From a virus, in IMG/VR virus record IMGVR_UViG_3300009008_000024, positions 1 to 64,000 of that record: a stretch of DNA of 64,000 nucleotides; one strand, given 5' to 3'. Below the pieces are notes generated by a model. The model did no database searches. It saw only the letters and a program-made list of their open reading frames with translations, and had not been told where the DNA came from. The position numbers and the translations under genes are program-made. This document shows, one piece after another, positions 63,810 through 64,000 of the stretch (position 1 is the stretch's first letter; every line of letters begins with the position of its first letter).

Positions 63810-64000
63810 ATGATGTCTATTCGCGAATTCAATAAAGATGTAGTTGAAAAAAAGCTTGACATTGCCCATGGTGATCTGGTATACTTAAGGGGAGATTTAG
63901 GTTTCCGGGCGGGAATAGGCGTTGTTATATCAACGGAGAGATGGAGTTTTGACGTTTTTGATCTGCCTTTTGCCACCCAAGAGAGATGCTTTTTTATGGA
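63810..64000 (+). CDS. Hypothetical protein, truncated by the window end
   Basis: Open frame MMSIREF...GDLVYLRG; late motif just upstream. Confidence 0.45.
   Translation, partial: MMSIREFNKDVVEKKLDIAHGDLVYLRGDLGFRAGIGVVISTERWSFDVFDLPFATQERCFFM
63856..63885 (+). promoter_or_regulatory. sigma70-type promoter (intragenic)
   Basis: TTGACA-18-TATACT, extended TG. Confidence 0.55.

Noticed and set aside
59708-63890. Shared GDLVYLR / GATCTGGTATACTT between ORFs 59681 and 63810 as a regulatory repeat
   Set aside because: Best explained as a common GDLV beta-barrel start or distant paralogy; only two copies, both coding
565-63976. Numerous minus-strand and short alternative-frame ORFs in the track (e.g. 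24467-25345, 35266-36057, 58235-58894)
   Set aside because: They shadow well-supported + strand genes and lack SDs, promoters and recognisable motifs
1-64000. Stop-codon reassignment, as in some large phages
   Set aside because: Conserved genes are full length in code 11 and end in TAA, TAG and TGA; no suppressor tRNA seen

Overview
A 64-kb internal segment of a large, uncultured-type tailed dsDNA phage (myovirus). Essentially every credible gene is on the + strand and reads in standard code 11. 1-32.4 kb is a late/structural region: three repeat-rich fibre-like proteins (one of 3005 aa), scaffold, T4-gp23-like major capsid, neck/terminator, sheath, tube, a tail-assembly chaperone pair with a likely programmed frameshift, tape measure and baseplate. 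32.4-64 kb is mostly replication, nucleotide metabolism and host takeover: a miniature thumb-less PolA, a divergent tubulin/FtsZ, gp32-like SSB, RecA, 5'-3' exonuclease, DnaB-like helicase, class II RNR, ThyX, DnaE, dUTPase, two orphan DNA MTases, GroEL, a GroES-like protein, Hsp20, glutaredoxin and 4 tRNAs including Ile-UAU. Two promoter classes can be read directly from the DNA: 11 near-consensus sigma70 promoters (CTTGACA-17/18-TAnnnT) before early genes, and 13 intergenic copies of WACTANTTAY before structural genes and scattered 'late islands'. The most interesting items are: (i) a late island encoding a putative head-packaged toxin-like/L,D-transpeptidase fusion plus an M15 peptidase, gated by an RBS-sequestering hairpin that contains the late promoter in its loop; (ii) the mini-PolA/tubulin/SH3 early operon; (iii) a myxobacterial-style Cys-repeat/vWA lipoprotein and other hints of a Myxococcota-like host; (iv) several candidate RNA elements (ROSE-like thermometer, pseudoknot, frameshift site). 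All annotations come from motif recognition by eye; no database search was run. Terminase, portal, prohead protease and primase are not in this window.
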